Positions 53,777-64,000 of a DNA stretch of 64,000 nucleotides are shown piece by piece. Within the stretch, counting starts at the first letter, position 1. Each line of letters starts with the position of its first letter. The stretch is from positions 23,064,001-23,128,000 of the forward strand of contig OX597817.1 in the NCBI GenBank assembly GCA_951406725.2, given 5' to 3'. Below the pieces are notes generated by a model. It ran no database searches. It had not been told where the DNA came from and worked only from the letters and a program-made list of their open reading frames with translations. The position numbers were made by a program, and so were the translations under genes. This stretch comes from Octopus vulgaris. Taxonomy: Eukaryota.

Positions 53777-55009
53777 AGTATATGAATGTATATGTATGTC
53801 TATGTAAATATGTATGCAAGCATGTATGCATGTATATTGCAGTTCGATATTTCTTTCAAGCGTTGAAGAGTCGAATTATTCGGCCTCGCTTCTCAAAGTC
53901 AATTCTGTTAACTGCAAGTGCCTAATGATCCTCGTTCTATGAATTTCTATTGCTATTCGTTTTTATATTGCTGCCAAAATCAATAACGGGTTGAATGGCA
54001 CCAATTATGTCATTACAATTCAGTTCCATGCTTTATTTGGTTTCGCTATCTTTGCCCTTTTTTTACGTTCGCTACTTTGAATGAATAGGCATATATATTT
54101 ACATATACATATTCACACATATAAGCATACACAAAATAATACTCACGCATGCACACACACCCACGCACGCATACATATAGATTCACATTTGTATATATAT
54201 TGGTATTCATAAATTCACTTATATAATCATCTACGTCGTTTATCTACATGAATACTGATGAGTGTAAGAAAATATATGCATCGAGAGTGAGCATTAATAT
54301 ACGTATACATATACTCAGTCAATATATATGTGTGTGTGTGTTTATCTATCTATACATATATGTACATGTATATATATATATATAAACATTTATATATATA
54401 TATATAAACATTTATATATATATATATATATATATTGATGCAACCTTACGCACACATATATATATATATAGAGAGAAAGTATGTATATGTATATATATAC
54501 ATATACATACGAACAGGAGCCAGATAGTGTAAAGGGCCAACATTGGTTGTATTTGTTATTTATTTTGCATTGGCGTGTCTTGTGTAACATGTTTGTAGAA
54601 AGGAAGTGAAATATGTAGTTGTATAAGTAGATGAATAACAATGCTAGCTGTCTCAGAAGTAATGAATATTTATTTGTCCTTTATACATAAAATAGGTCTG
54701 ACGGACATGGGTGTTTTCTTATTAGATAAGTCCTCGAGATACAAGTCCTAGCTTATATATTTTGTACAGAAAAAGTGTCACTGCTCAGATAGCTTTTCTT
54801 GTTGTTATGCAAATCAGTCGATTTGGCTGTACTTATTACTAGGTCAGTGTACCTTTGTCAGTATCTTACTATCCCCACCAGAACTGTTTTTGAACCTTTT
54901 GAAGATTTAAAGTGTATAGACGAATCTGCATCTTTGAAAAATAAGTCAGATATTTCTGATATCAACTATCATTCCTTCTAGGCATTCTCTGGCGGAAATC
55001 CGTGGACGC

Positions 55010-55200
55010 TGACTATTTTCCCTGAAAGTTCGTATTGCAGTCGATTGTCCTCCTTTTCAAACAGGACATCAAGCCGATGGCATTGAATTACCGACCGGTA
55101 TCATATCGTCAAGTTATTTGAAAGGGTAATGAACAGTCTAGTAAATAAATTTCGGTAAAGTAGAAGTCTAATGATTTCCACAGCAATTTAGTAATGAAGC
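55010..55200 (+). mobile_element. APE-LINE (CR1/L2/Jockey-like) RT fragment
   Basis: LFKQDIKPMALNYRPVS..VKLFERVM. Confidence 0.55.
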
Positions 55201-55209
55201 TATCGAATA

Positions 55210-55683
55210 TTAGAATGCAACAGAACCATCGTGCATAGAATATAAGTAGCGATCAGGATACACACCACGAAGAAATGATCAAGCTCAAAAACGATCTGTT
55301 AAGCAACAACTACCCCAAAAGTATACTATCCACTCCAATTATGAAGAAGAGGGAGGATGAGGACAATAAACTGTCTACAGTCTGTCTACCCTATGTGAAA
55401 GGCCTCTCCGAAAAAAAACAACAAAAGATATGCCGCCCATATGACATCAGGACGGTATTCAAGTGTAATACATGTTGCAAATATCTCCTTCGAGTAAAAC
55501 CACCAATAAAAGAGAATATGACCATCCCGTGCAGCTGTGGTAGGTTATACAAAAGTGAAAGGATACAACAACCTCGTTAGCAGACCGAGGGCAGGTATGA
55601 GCAGCATATGGGAACCGGTATTAAAGAAGTTCAGAAAAATATTAGATTTGCAAGCCCTAAAATTCGCTCCCATAATTAACTAC
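55210..55683 (+). mobile_element. Penelope-like element C-terminal fragment (linker plus GIY-YIG relic)
   Basis: LLSNNYPKS..VCLPYVKGLSEK..ICRPYDIRTVFK..IPCSCGRLY..IWEPVL. Confidence 0.85.
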
Positions 55684-56000
<317 letters not shown>

Positions 56001-56044
56001 AATAATAATAATAATGATAATAATAATAATAATAATAATAATAA

Positions 56045-57150
56045 AGAAGAAAGAAACTTCATTCTATCATAAAGGAAAGCAAAAAATTTGCTATTGATCT
56101 CGTGCAGGATACCCAAACTGAACAACCCAAGGGAAGTACGGCAACTATTGTTGCAAAGAAGGTGAAAATGATGGCAACGAAAAAAGCGCACGAGCAATTG
56201 GCTGATAGGTGGGAGGAGAAACCTCTGCACGGCAAATATGTGACCCGCAGCAAACAAGCTGATGTTGACCAGAAGCAAACCCATCAGTGGCTACGGAGCT
56301 CAGGGCTAAAAGCAGAGAGCGAAGGTTTCATCCTGGCTGCTCAAGATCAAAGCCTATTAACTCGGAACTACCAGGCCAATGTGATGAAAAATGGAGCAGA
56401 CCCAAAATGCCGATTCTGGAACGACATGATTGAAACAGTGGACCATCTAATCTCTGGATGTAAAGTCTTAGCACCAGTGGAGTATAAATTAAGACATGAC
56501 AGAGTTGGCCAATATCTCCACTGGCTAATAAGTCGGCATTACAATATCAAAACTGCCGACAAGTGGTATAATCACCATCCTGAGGCTGTAACTGAAGGAG
56601 AAAATGTAACCATTCTGTGGGACTTTCCAGTACATACAGACCGAACCATCAAGGCCAATAAACCAGATATTGTTGTGAAAGACCAAAACAATAAAGTTTG
56701 CTTATTGATCGACATGAGCATCCCCTGTGATCATAATATCTCAGCGAAAGAGTTTGACAAGCTCAGAAAATATAAAGACCTACTCATTGAAATTGAGAAA
56801 ATGTGGCATCTCAAGGCGGTTACAATACCAGTGATCGTAGGAGCACTAGGAATGATCAAGAAGGGAACCGAAAATTATATGAGAATGATCCCTGGCTTAC
56901 CATCCCTGCAAGAAGTGCAAAAGATTGTCTTAACTGGTACATCACATGTATTGAGAAGAACATTCTCGATGTGAGAATTGTTGCTGCTCATGTATTTTAA
57001 TTTAACTTAAAAAAAAATAAAAAAAATGAACGAACTATTGAGTTTGGTTTAATGGCCTACCAATGTATACTATGAGTTTCTTTGCCCTAGGAGTCGTGAA
57101 GACACTCGGCAAGAAATGGAAGCAAATTTGAAAGAAGAAAAAAAAAAAAT
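56045..57150 (+). mobile_element. Young 5'-truncated R4/Dong-clade LINE in (TAA)n
   Basis: Open ORF, 3' UTR and A-rich end, flanked by (TAA)n on both sides. Confidence 0.93.
56102..56974 (+). CDS. C-terminal part of R4/Dong ORF (zinc knuckle and restriction-like endonuclease); 5'-truncated, probably not expressed
   Basis: 290 aa: WLRSSGLKAESEGFILAAQDQ, CRFW..ETVDHLISGC (second Cys replaced by Trp), RHD, KPDIVV..IDMSIP, KLRKYKDL, PVIVGALG. Confidence 0.85.
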   Translation: MQDTQTEQPKGSTATIVAKKVKMMATKKAHEQLADRWEEKPLHGKYVTRSKQADVDQKQTHQWLRSSGLKAESEGFILAAQDQSLLTRNYQANVMKNGADPKCRFWNDMIETVDHLISGCKVLAPVEYKLRHDRVGQYLHWLISRHYNIKTADKWYNHHPEAVTEGENVTILWDFPVHTDRTIKANKPDIVVKDQNNKVCLLIDMSIPCDHNISAKEFDKLRKYKDLLIEIEKMWHLKAVTIPVIVGALGMIKKGTENYMRMIPGLPSLQEVQKIVLTGTSHVLRRTFSM

Positions 57151-57177
57151 AATAATAATAATGACAACAACAACAAC

Positions 57178-57328
57178 AACATCGAAAAATACTTTAGGAA
57201 TGAGAAAGCACGTTCGAAATTTCACCAAGACACCTAAAGAAGGCTGGGGAGTATATTAACGGAAACGTTGTGTTAACAACAAACAAGATGAGGACAAATA
57301 TCTGTAGGATTTAAATAATGTAAATAAT
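57178..57328 (+). mobile_element. PLE-type 3' tail with degenerate minimal hammerhead (57230-57273)
   Basis: acac CTAAAGA aggctg..aacg GAAA cgtt gtgt, preceded by a second B-box-like gttcgaaatttc. Confidence 0.6.
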
Positions 57329-57904
57329 GCATTTGTCACTCGTCCTCTCAATTTCTCTCCGTCAGCTACATTTCTATGATTTTAAGAACATTTCAGTACT
57401 GTTTAGTTTTGTTTGTGTTCGATATTGTATATTCTACGCTATTTCAATCGAAAAGTGTCTGGGAACATGTTGATCTAATCTAATATGTTTTAGGAGATTT
57501 TTTTTCACTATTAGAGTTTGTGAAATATACTCAATTGCTATAAAGTTCTCATTTTAAGGCTTACCTGATCTTTTGCATTTAGAAAAAAATACTATCCATA
57601 AGACGAGTCAGCTCCTGGAAATTCATCTTTATATTTTTTACTTTTACCTTGACCAAGGTAGGTGTTACTCTTTAATAAGTCATATTCGACAGATTTTGTC
57701 CTTCATCCCTTCGGGCTAGATAATGAAAGCCCTTGGCAAACACCGGGATTGATGTCAGCAAAACACTTTCCTTAGAAGATCTTGAACATTTCCCTATAGA
57801 TGAACGAATATTCGTATTAAATTTATTTCAATAAGTTTAATATGATCGATATTCGAATTCACTTAGTGGTACTAATTTTAATATGTTGACGTACATGTAA
57901 TTGT

Positions 57905-58215
57905 ATTATCTTTTATCTATTACTTGTTTCAGTTATTACACTGCGGTCATATCATGGCACCGCTTTGAAGAATTTTTAGTCGAATGAGTCGAGCCCAATA
58001 TTAAATTTGTTTAGAAGCCTGGTACTTATTCTACCGGCCGCTATTGCCAAATCATTAAGCTACGGGGATGTAAATACAACATGCACGCACATGGCTTGTA
58101 TACGCCTGAATCTGTAGATGAAGATACTTACCGAATGTGCCACGCAGAAGGACTGATTCAAGAACCATGGGAATTGGGAGAAAACATGCTCCCACACAGC
58201 CACACCTCCGTCTAT
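57905..58215 (-). mobile_element. Old SINE family A copy
   Basis: ttacttgtttcagt..ggcaccgctttg..cctggtacttattct..gtgccacgcag..cacacagccacacct. Confidence 0.75.
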
Positions 58216-58264
58216 GGTTAATATGGCTATTATTTGTATTAATTATTGTTAATTTTGATATAAA

Positions 58265-58480
58265 GGTGGCGAGCTGGTAGAATCATTATCACACCGGTCC
58301 AGATACTTAGCCGTATTTCGTTTGTCTTTAGGTTATGAATTGAAATTCCGCCAAGGTCGGCTTTGCCTTTCATCCTTTCGGGATCGATTAAATAAGCACC
58401 GCTAAGCACTGGGGGTCGATGCGATCCATTTACCTCCTCCTGCAAAATTTCAAGCCTTGTGCCTATAGTAGAAAGGATTA
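58265..58480 (+). mobile_element. SINE family B
   Basis: ggcgagctggtagaa..ctttgcctttcatcctttcgggatcgat..ccttgtgcctatagtagaaagg. Confidence 0.85.
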
Positions 58481-59195
58481 TTAATTTTAATATCTTTAAT
58501 ATTTGTATTTATTTTTATCAATTTTGATACATTTAATAATTGCATTTCTTTAATCTCATTAATATAGTGCATTTCATATGTATACATAACATTTTTTAAA
58601 AACTTTATATCAAGAATTTCATCTATGAGGTTTTTCTTCAAATTTGAAGTAAAAATATAATTTAATTTTTGCTTTTCTATTTCAGTTACGTTCTTAGACT
58701 TAAATCTTTACTTAAGATTCACTTGTTTTACATACTTATATGGTTTTACATACTTATATGGTTGCTCTATAAATTTACACGATTACTATGTCTTCTACTG
58801 CTGGGAAGTGTCAAATTTATATCCAATATGCTTCTGTATTTTCCACACAATTCTCAGAAGGCATTGCATATATGAAGGAAAGTAAATAAGCATTTCTCAC
58901 TCATTCTTTGATTTCGTACTAATATCAACGTATAGCCTTTATAGCGGCCGAATCGTTAGCATGCCGGATAAATGCTTAGCGGCATTTCGTCCGTTTTTAA
59001 GTTCTGGGTTCAAATTCCGCCGAAGTCTAATTGCTTTTACAATTAGATGCTTTATTTGGAAAGGCACCTATAAATGTTACTTGTTGAATTAACTTCTTTT
59101 TATTTAATTGTTTGTCCATGCCGTTTGTCATGATGATGTGTATAACGTACATGTTTTAAAATGCTTTAGCAAAACGTTCTACATATAAATACCTA

Positions 59196-59424
59196 TTTCT
59201 TTATTACCCACAAGGGGCTAAACACAGAGGGGACAAACAAGGACAGACATAGGTATTATGTCGATTACATCGACCCCAGTGCGTAACTGGTACTTAATTT
59301 ATCGACCCCGAAAGGATGAAATGCAAAGTCGACCTCGGCGGAATTTGAACTCACAACGTAACAGCAGACGAAGTAACGCAAAGCATTTCGCCCGGTGTGC
59401 TAACGCTTCTGCTAGCTCGCCGCC
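59196..59424 (-). mobile_element. SINE family B with 18-bp TSD
   Basis: tctacatataaataccta at 59178-59195 and 59425-59442. Confidence 0.93.
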
Positions 59425-60165
59425 TCTACATATAAATACCTACTTGGTATCTATGGATAGATAAATAGATACATAGATACATACATATATATGTACATGA
59501 AAAATAAATGAATGCATACCATATATACGTATATACATAAGTATATACATACATATATTTGCATACATGCATACATACATGCATACACACATACATACAT
59601 AGAAGCATACACACATACTGTATTGAATATGTACTTCAGTGATAGGAAAAACAGTGATCGATTTCGATTTTCCATGCAGCTTGCAGACTAAAAATCCAAC
59701 TGGATTTGTGAAATAAAATAAAAGCCAAGAAAGAGATATAACGCCAATGCAATCAATCGATCAACATTGTTTTAAGGATTTAGACAAAGCACTCTTGAAA
59801 TCTAACAGATGAATTCAACGAATGCTTACCTCTTCTGAAACCTCGTCTTTGAAACGCATTCTACTCAGTTGAATCCAGTATATGTGACCAACATATTTAT
59901 ATTAATAGTGGGAATGCTTTGAACAAAATCGAGATTTCCTGATTCTTTTCTCATTCGCTTCTGTGTAGTAAAATGCCTTTGTAGTGCATAATTCTCCTCA
60001 GAAATGCAAACCTTGTTTATGCGTTTGTAGATGTTGATTCTCTCCTCGCCATCGAAATGGAAGAGCAATGCCAATGCTGCTTAGAACGCATGACATCCCG
60101 AGTATTCTCTCTAGAAGGTAAAGAGACGATATAGAAGCTGTGTGTCTTCATGCCCAGCTATATAA

Positions 60166-60350
60166 CGTATTTCGTCTGCCGTTGCGTTCTGAGTTCAAAT
60201 TCCGCCGAGGTCGACTTTGCCTTTCATTCTTTCGGGGTCGATAATTTAAGTACCAGTTACGCACTGGGGTCGATGTAATCGATTTAATCCGTTTGTCTGT
60301 CCTTGTTCGTCCTCACTGTGTTTAGCCCCTTGTGGGTAGTAAAGAAATAT
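60166..60350 (+). mobile_element. SINE family B, 5'-truncated
   Basis: Reverse complement of most of 20433-20620; tatataac on both flanks. Confidence 0.9.
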
Positions 60351-60425
60351 ATATAACCATTCCGTCAAAATTCATATATATTTATTACATGCATGCATAA
60401 ATACATACACACACATACTCATACA

Positions 60426-61694
60426 TACGAGGGTACCCAAAAGAAACCGGAATTTTGCAGTATCATTTTATTCACTAAGTTTACACTTTTATCGTCTTCA
60501 AAGTATGCTCAATTTGAAGTAATGCATCGATCTTGACGCATTTTACACTGTTCGGAACAGTCCTGGGAGTCTTGCGATGTGATGCCTTTTAATGTGTCCG
60601 TCGTTTTCTTTTTCACCTCTTTCACATCTGCAAGACGTTTTCCTTTCAGTACAGTTTACGTACGAGGCAACACAAGAAAGTCGCAGGGAGTAAGATTGGG
60701 CGAATAGGGATGGTGGGTAAGCGAGATCACACTCAAGGCGGTGTGCGCAGGCGCATAGTCGTGATTAAACCACCACTCTTCTCTTTACTACAGATCGAGG
60801 AGTTTTCATTTCACCACATCTCGCAAACGCTTCAGAGTTGCCAAGTGAAATGTCTGACTAACAGTTTGATCAGCAGGAACAAATCCTACGCGAACAATTC
60901 TTTTCGCATCGATGAAACAAGTCAGCATCATCTTGGCATTGGTTTACTTGACGCGCTTTTTGTGGGTGTGGTGACATTGAATGCTTCCATTGACTTGATC
61001 ACTGCTTCGTTTCCGGGTCGTAGCCGTAGCACCAGATGTTGTCACCAGTGATGGCCTTCGGAAAACGGTTCGGATCAACTCCCAACTATTCTTTCACTTC
61101 ACGACATGCATTCAGTCCTGACTGTTTTTGGTCTTCCGTGAGCAAGCGAGGCACGCATTTTGCGGCAACTCTTTTCATTCGCAATTCCTCGCCCAAAATT
61201 CGTTGGCAGGAGTTCCAGGAGACACCAGTTTTATCAACAAGTTCGTCAATTGTTCGGCGATGTTCTTCCAAAATCGCATCATGAATTTTCGTGATATTTT
61301 CATTCGTTCGGGTGGTCGATGATCGCCCTGAGCTAGATTGGTCTTCAAGCGACTAGTGACCATTTTTAAAGCGCGAAGCCCATTCATAAACTTGTGTTTT
61401 GCTCATAGCAGCTTTCTTGTAGGCTGAAGCATGGCAACTGTTCTCCCAAGCAGAAAATAGAATTACATGGAAGTACGTTGTTCCTTCGTTTCAGCCATCG
61501 CCACATTCAGTGAACAGTGGAGAAACACTGCAAACAATAACGCAACACCTTGCAGTACGGCCTCACTCAACGACGCCGGTTGGCAGACTGATGTCTAATG
61601 GTTGCATCAAGTGGCTCCTAGCGGCGAAAACCTGAACTACAATGGGTATGTCCCACGGAGAGCGTTTCTTGTTACTTTTGTTTACCTACAGGTA
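60426..61694 (-). mobile_element. mariner transposon, near full length, decayed
   Basis: EQRTSM, MSKTQVYEW, RVAAKCVPRLL, ITGDNIWCYGYDPETKQ, PYSPNLTPCDF. TIR-like tacgagggtacccaaaagaaaccggaa at 60426. Confidence 0.92.
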
Positions 61695-62650
61695 TACTAT
61701 ATAAATATGTACTTAACTATATACCCACATGCATGTACACTCACAGTCATTCAAACAGATTTTGCCTACCGGTTTCCACCAAGCAGCCACCTGATGGGAT
61801 CGAATATATAACCCTTGTAGTTGTGGAACGAAATTTTAACCAGAAAGCTAACATGGAGCTGGAAATGAAGTGTGTCGTTGATGTGTTTTTAATACATTTG
61901 TCTCTAGATGATTTGAAATTATATATAGGTACATCTCCCAATCACGCGCCTCTTTATGTATCAGCTGTAGTATATGTTTAGAATTTTCTTCGCAGGACTT
62001 ACTATAGGTGACTCTCTACTCTTACCTTCATAGCGCATTCAGTAAATATAGGTTTTATCTACTTTATAAGATACCAGCACTTCAAGTATAATATAAATAC
62101 TAATTCAAGAATGCACAAAAATAATTAATTATATTTGAAAAGCTATAGTCAGCGGAAAATTGAAATGCAGAATAAGTTGATTTAGATAGTGATATTTTAT
62201 TGTAATCGCAAAATAGACGTTAATCTGCCCTATTTCCCGTTAAGGTAAGTGAAGTGTATCATGTCTGATCGGCAAGATAAAATTATTAATAAAAAAATCC
62301 GGGGCATTCATTGACGACGCCAAGAAAATGTTATGCTTTTATGAAGAATAAGGTGAAACGTTCTTATAAAAAATTATTTCAATGTACTACAATGTGTTTT
62401 GTTGAAGTAGAAACGCATTACCGGATTTCTGTCTCTCTGAATATGTACGTATCAATGATTCTTTCTGGCAATGTCTTTGCTCGGATACGAGAAAACTGTC
62501 ACTATATGTCTATATAAGTAGTGTACGTATTTATGTAGCTAACTAATGTCTTCTCTCTTTCACTCAATCTGTATACATATATGTGCACGTGTAGATATCT
62601 ATGTGTCTACCCATCTATCTATCTCTTTCTCTCTTTCTCGCTCCCTCTCT

Positions 62651-62696
<46 letters not shown>

Positions 62697-62697
<1 letters not shown>

Positions 62698-63030
62698 GGA
62701 GGCGCATGACATCGTGGTTAGATCGTCGGACTCATAATCATGAGGTAATGAGTTCGACCACCGGACCGATTTCTGTGTTGAGCTCCCGACCAAGACACTT
62801 TATTTCACGTTGCTCTAGTTCACTCAGCTTTAGAAATAATGTTTTGCAATGTTATACGTTCCAAGATGAATCACCCTTTGCCTTTCCCTGGGGTAACATC
62901 TTTGGTGTGGAGAGAGGAGGCTAGTATGCATGAGTGTCTTCCATAAAGAACCTTGAGTGGCCTTATATCTCGGGTGGGGTGGTACGGTTAAATTTCTAGA
63001 TGCAATCCCATGGTCATTCATGACCAAAGG
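62697..63030 (+). mobile_element. tRNA-derived SINE related to family C head, different tail
   Basis: tggaggcgcatgac.tcgtggttag..gagttcgacc..caagacactttatttcacgttgctctagttcactcagct. Confidence 0.7.
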
Positions 63031-63083
63031 TGCATGGGACGAATAGCTTTAATTCAATTACGACAAAGGTAAATACATCACAT

Positions 63084-63395
63084 TCAAATGCCTGCAGGCA
63101 ATTCTCTGACTGCATTGAATATTTTTGCCAGTTCTCGAGTGGTTTTACAAGACATTTTCTCAATGACGGTCTTTAATTGACCATCATCGATGACAGAAAG
63201 GCGTCCACTACACTCACGATCTTCAGGGCTCAGGTCTTGCCTTCGAAATCGTTTGAACCACTTTCGAGCTGACCACACTCTAGCCATTTCCTCATCAAAC
63301 GTTTCGTTGATATCCCGAGCAGTTTCAGCTGTTTTATTTCTTCATTGAAGTTGAATAGCAAAATTGCTCGAATATCGCGCTTTCATAGTTCCATT
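63084..63395 (-). mobile_element. mariner transposase N-terminal remnant
   Basis: IRAILLFNF..AETARDINETFDE..KWFKRFR..SPEDRECSGR..TTRELA. Confidence 0.88.
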
Positions 63396-63426
63396 TCAGA
63401 TTATTGTAACAACAGAGAAAAAATAT

Positions 63427-64000
63427 CTATGTTAATTCATTGATGCATTTGGGCAAGTCTATGACTATTATCAGACAATTGCAAAGAAATGTTTTTAAAA
63501 ATTAAAAAAATCTGTGAAAATTAGGTACAAATTCTTCATGGTTCAAAATGTTGCTTACTCAACATGATATAACAGACATGCATTTTTCTGTATACATACA
63601 TCCCCCACACGTTCTTCCACACATGTATGTACATGTATACGTATATACGTGTATATGTACACACATATATGTATAAATGCAAATGAAGTGAAAAATAAGA
63701 AAATGAAACCAGAGCGTGAGTGTAGTGTACACTGAGGCTAAAATGGGAATTAGCAAAGTTGATGACAAAAAAAAAAGACGTAAGGTAAAATGTAGAACAA
63801 AAATTGTATGAAAGAGCATAATGTAGGAATGAATTATAAATAGAACCTATGTTAATTCATTGATGCTTTTGGGCGCCACCTGATGGGACCGAATATATAA
63901 ACCTTGTAGTTGTGGAACGAAGTTTTAATCAGAAAGCTAACATGGAGCTCAAAATGTTTCTTACTATTTACACAACATTATATAACAGACATGCATTTTT
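63427..64000. repeat. Local patchwork duplication
   Basis: 63847-63874 matches 63427-63454; 63875-63949 matches 61786-61860; 63950-64000 matches 63544-63588. Confidence 0.85.

Overview
This is AT-rich, microsatellite-dense animal genomic DNA, either intergenic or a very large intron. The SINE families and repeat style suggest a coleoid cephalopod such as Octopus; that is inference from pattern recognition, not a search. I cannot support any host protein-coding gene, rRNA or genuine tRNA. Most ORF-track entries are translations of (TA)n, (CA)n, (TAA)n or (TAG)n repeats. The window is a mosaic of decayed transposons: R4/Dong-clade RLE LINEs mostly in (TAA)n (one with an open 290-aa C-terminal ORF), Penelope-like elements (PLEs; RT, GIY-YIG, pseudo-LTR arrangement), CR1/L2-group and RTE fragments, two hAT (Buster/Charlie-type) remnants, four mariner remnants, a complete non-autonomous Helitron, and three or more tRNA-derived SINE families. 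The most interesting unexplained structure is a set of small elements between (TA)n arrays that carry inverted ends and minimal hammerhead ribozyme motifs. One has intact stems and a swapped G3-C8 core (42887-42936, minus strand). Also notable are a Penelope 3' end joined to a tRNA-like Pol III head, (AAT)n and a hammerhead, and several long foldback palindromes. All family assignments come from manual reading and translation, and boundaries of decayed elements are approximate.
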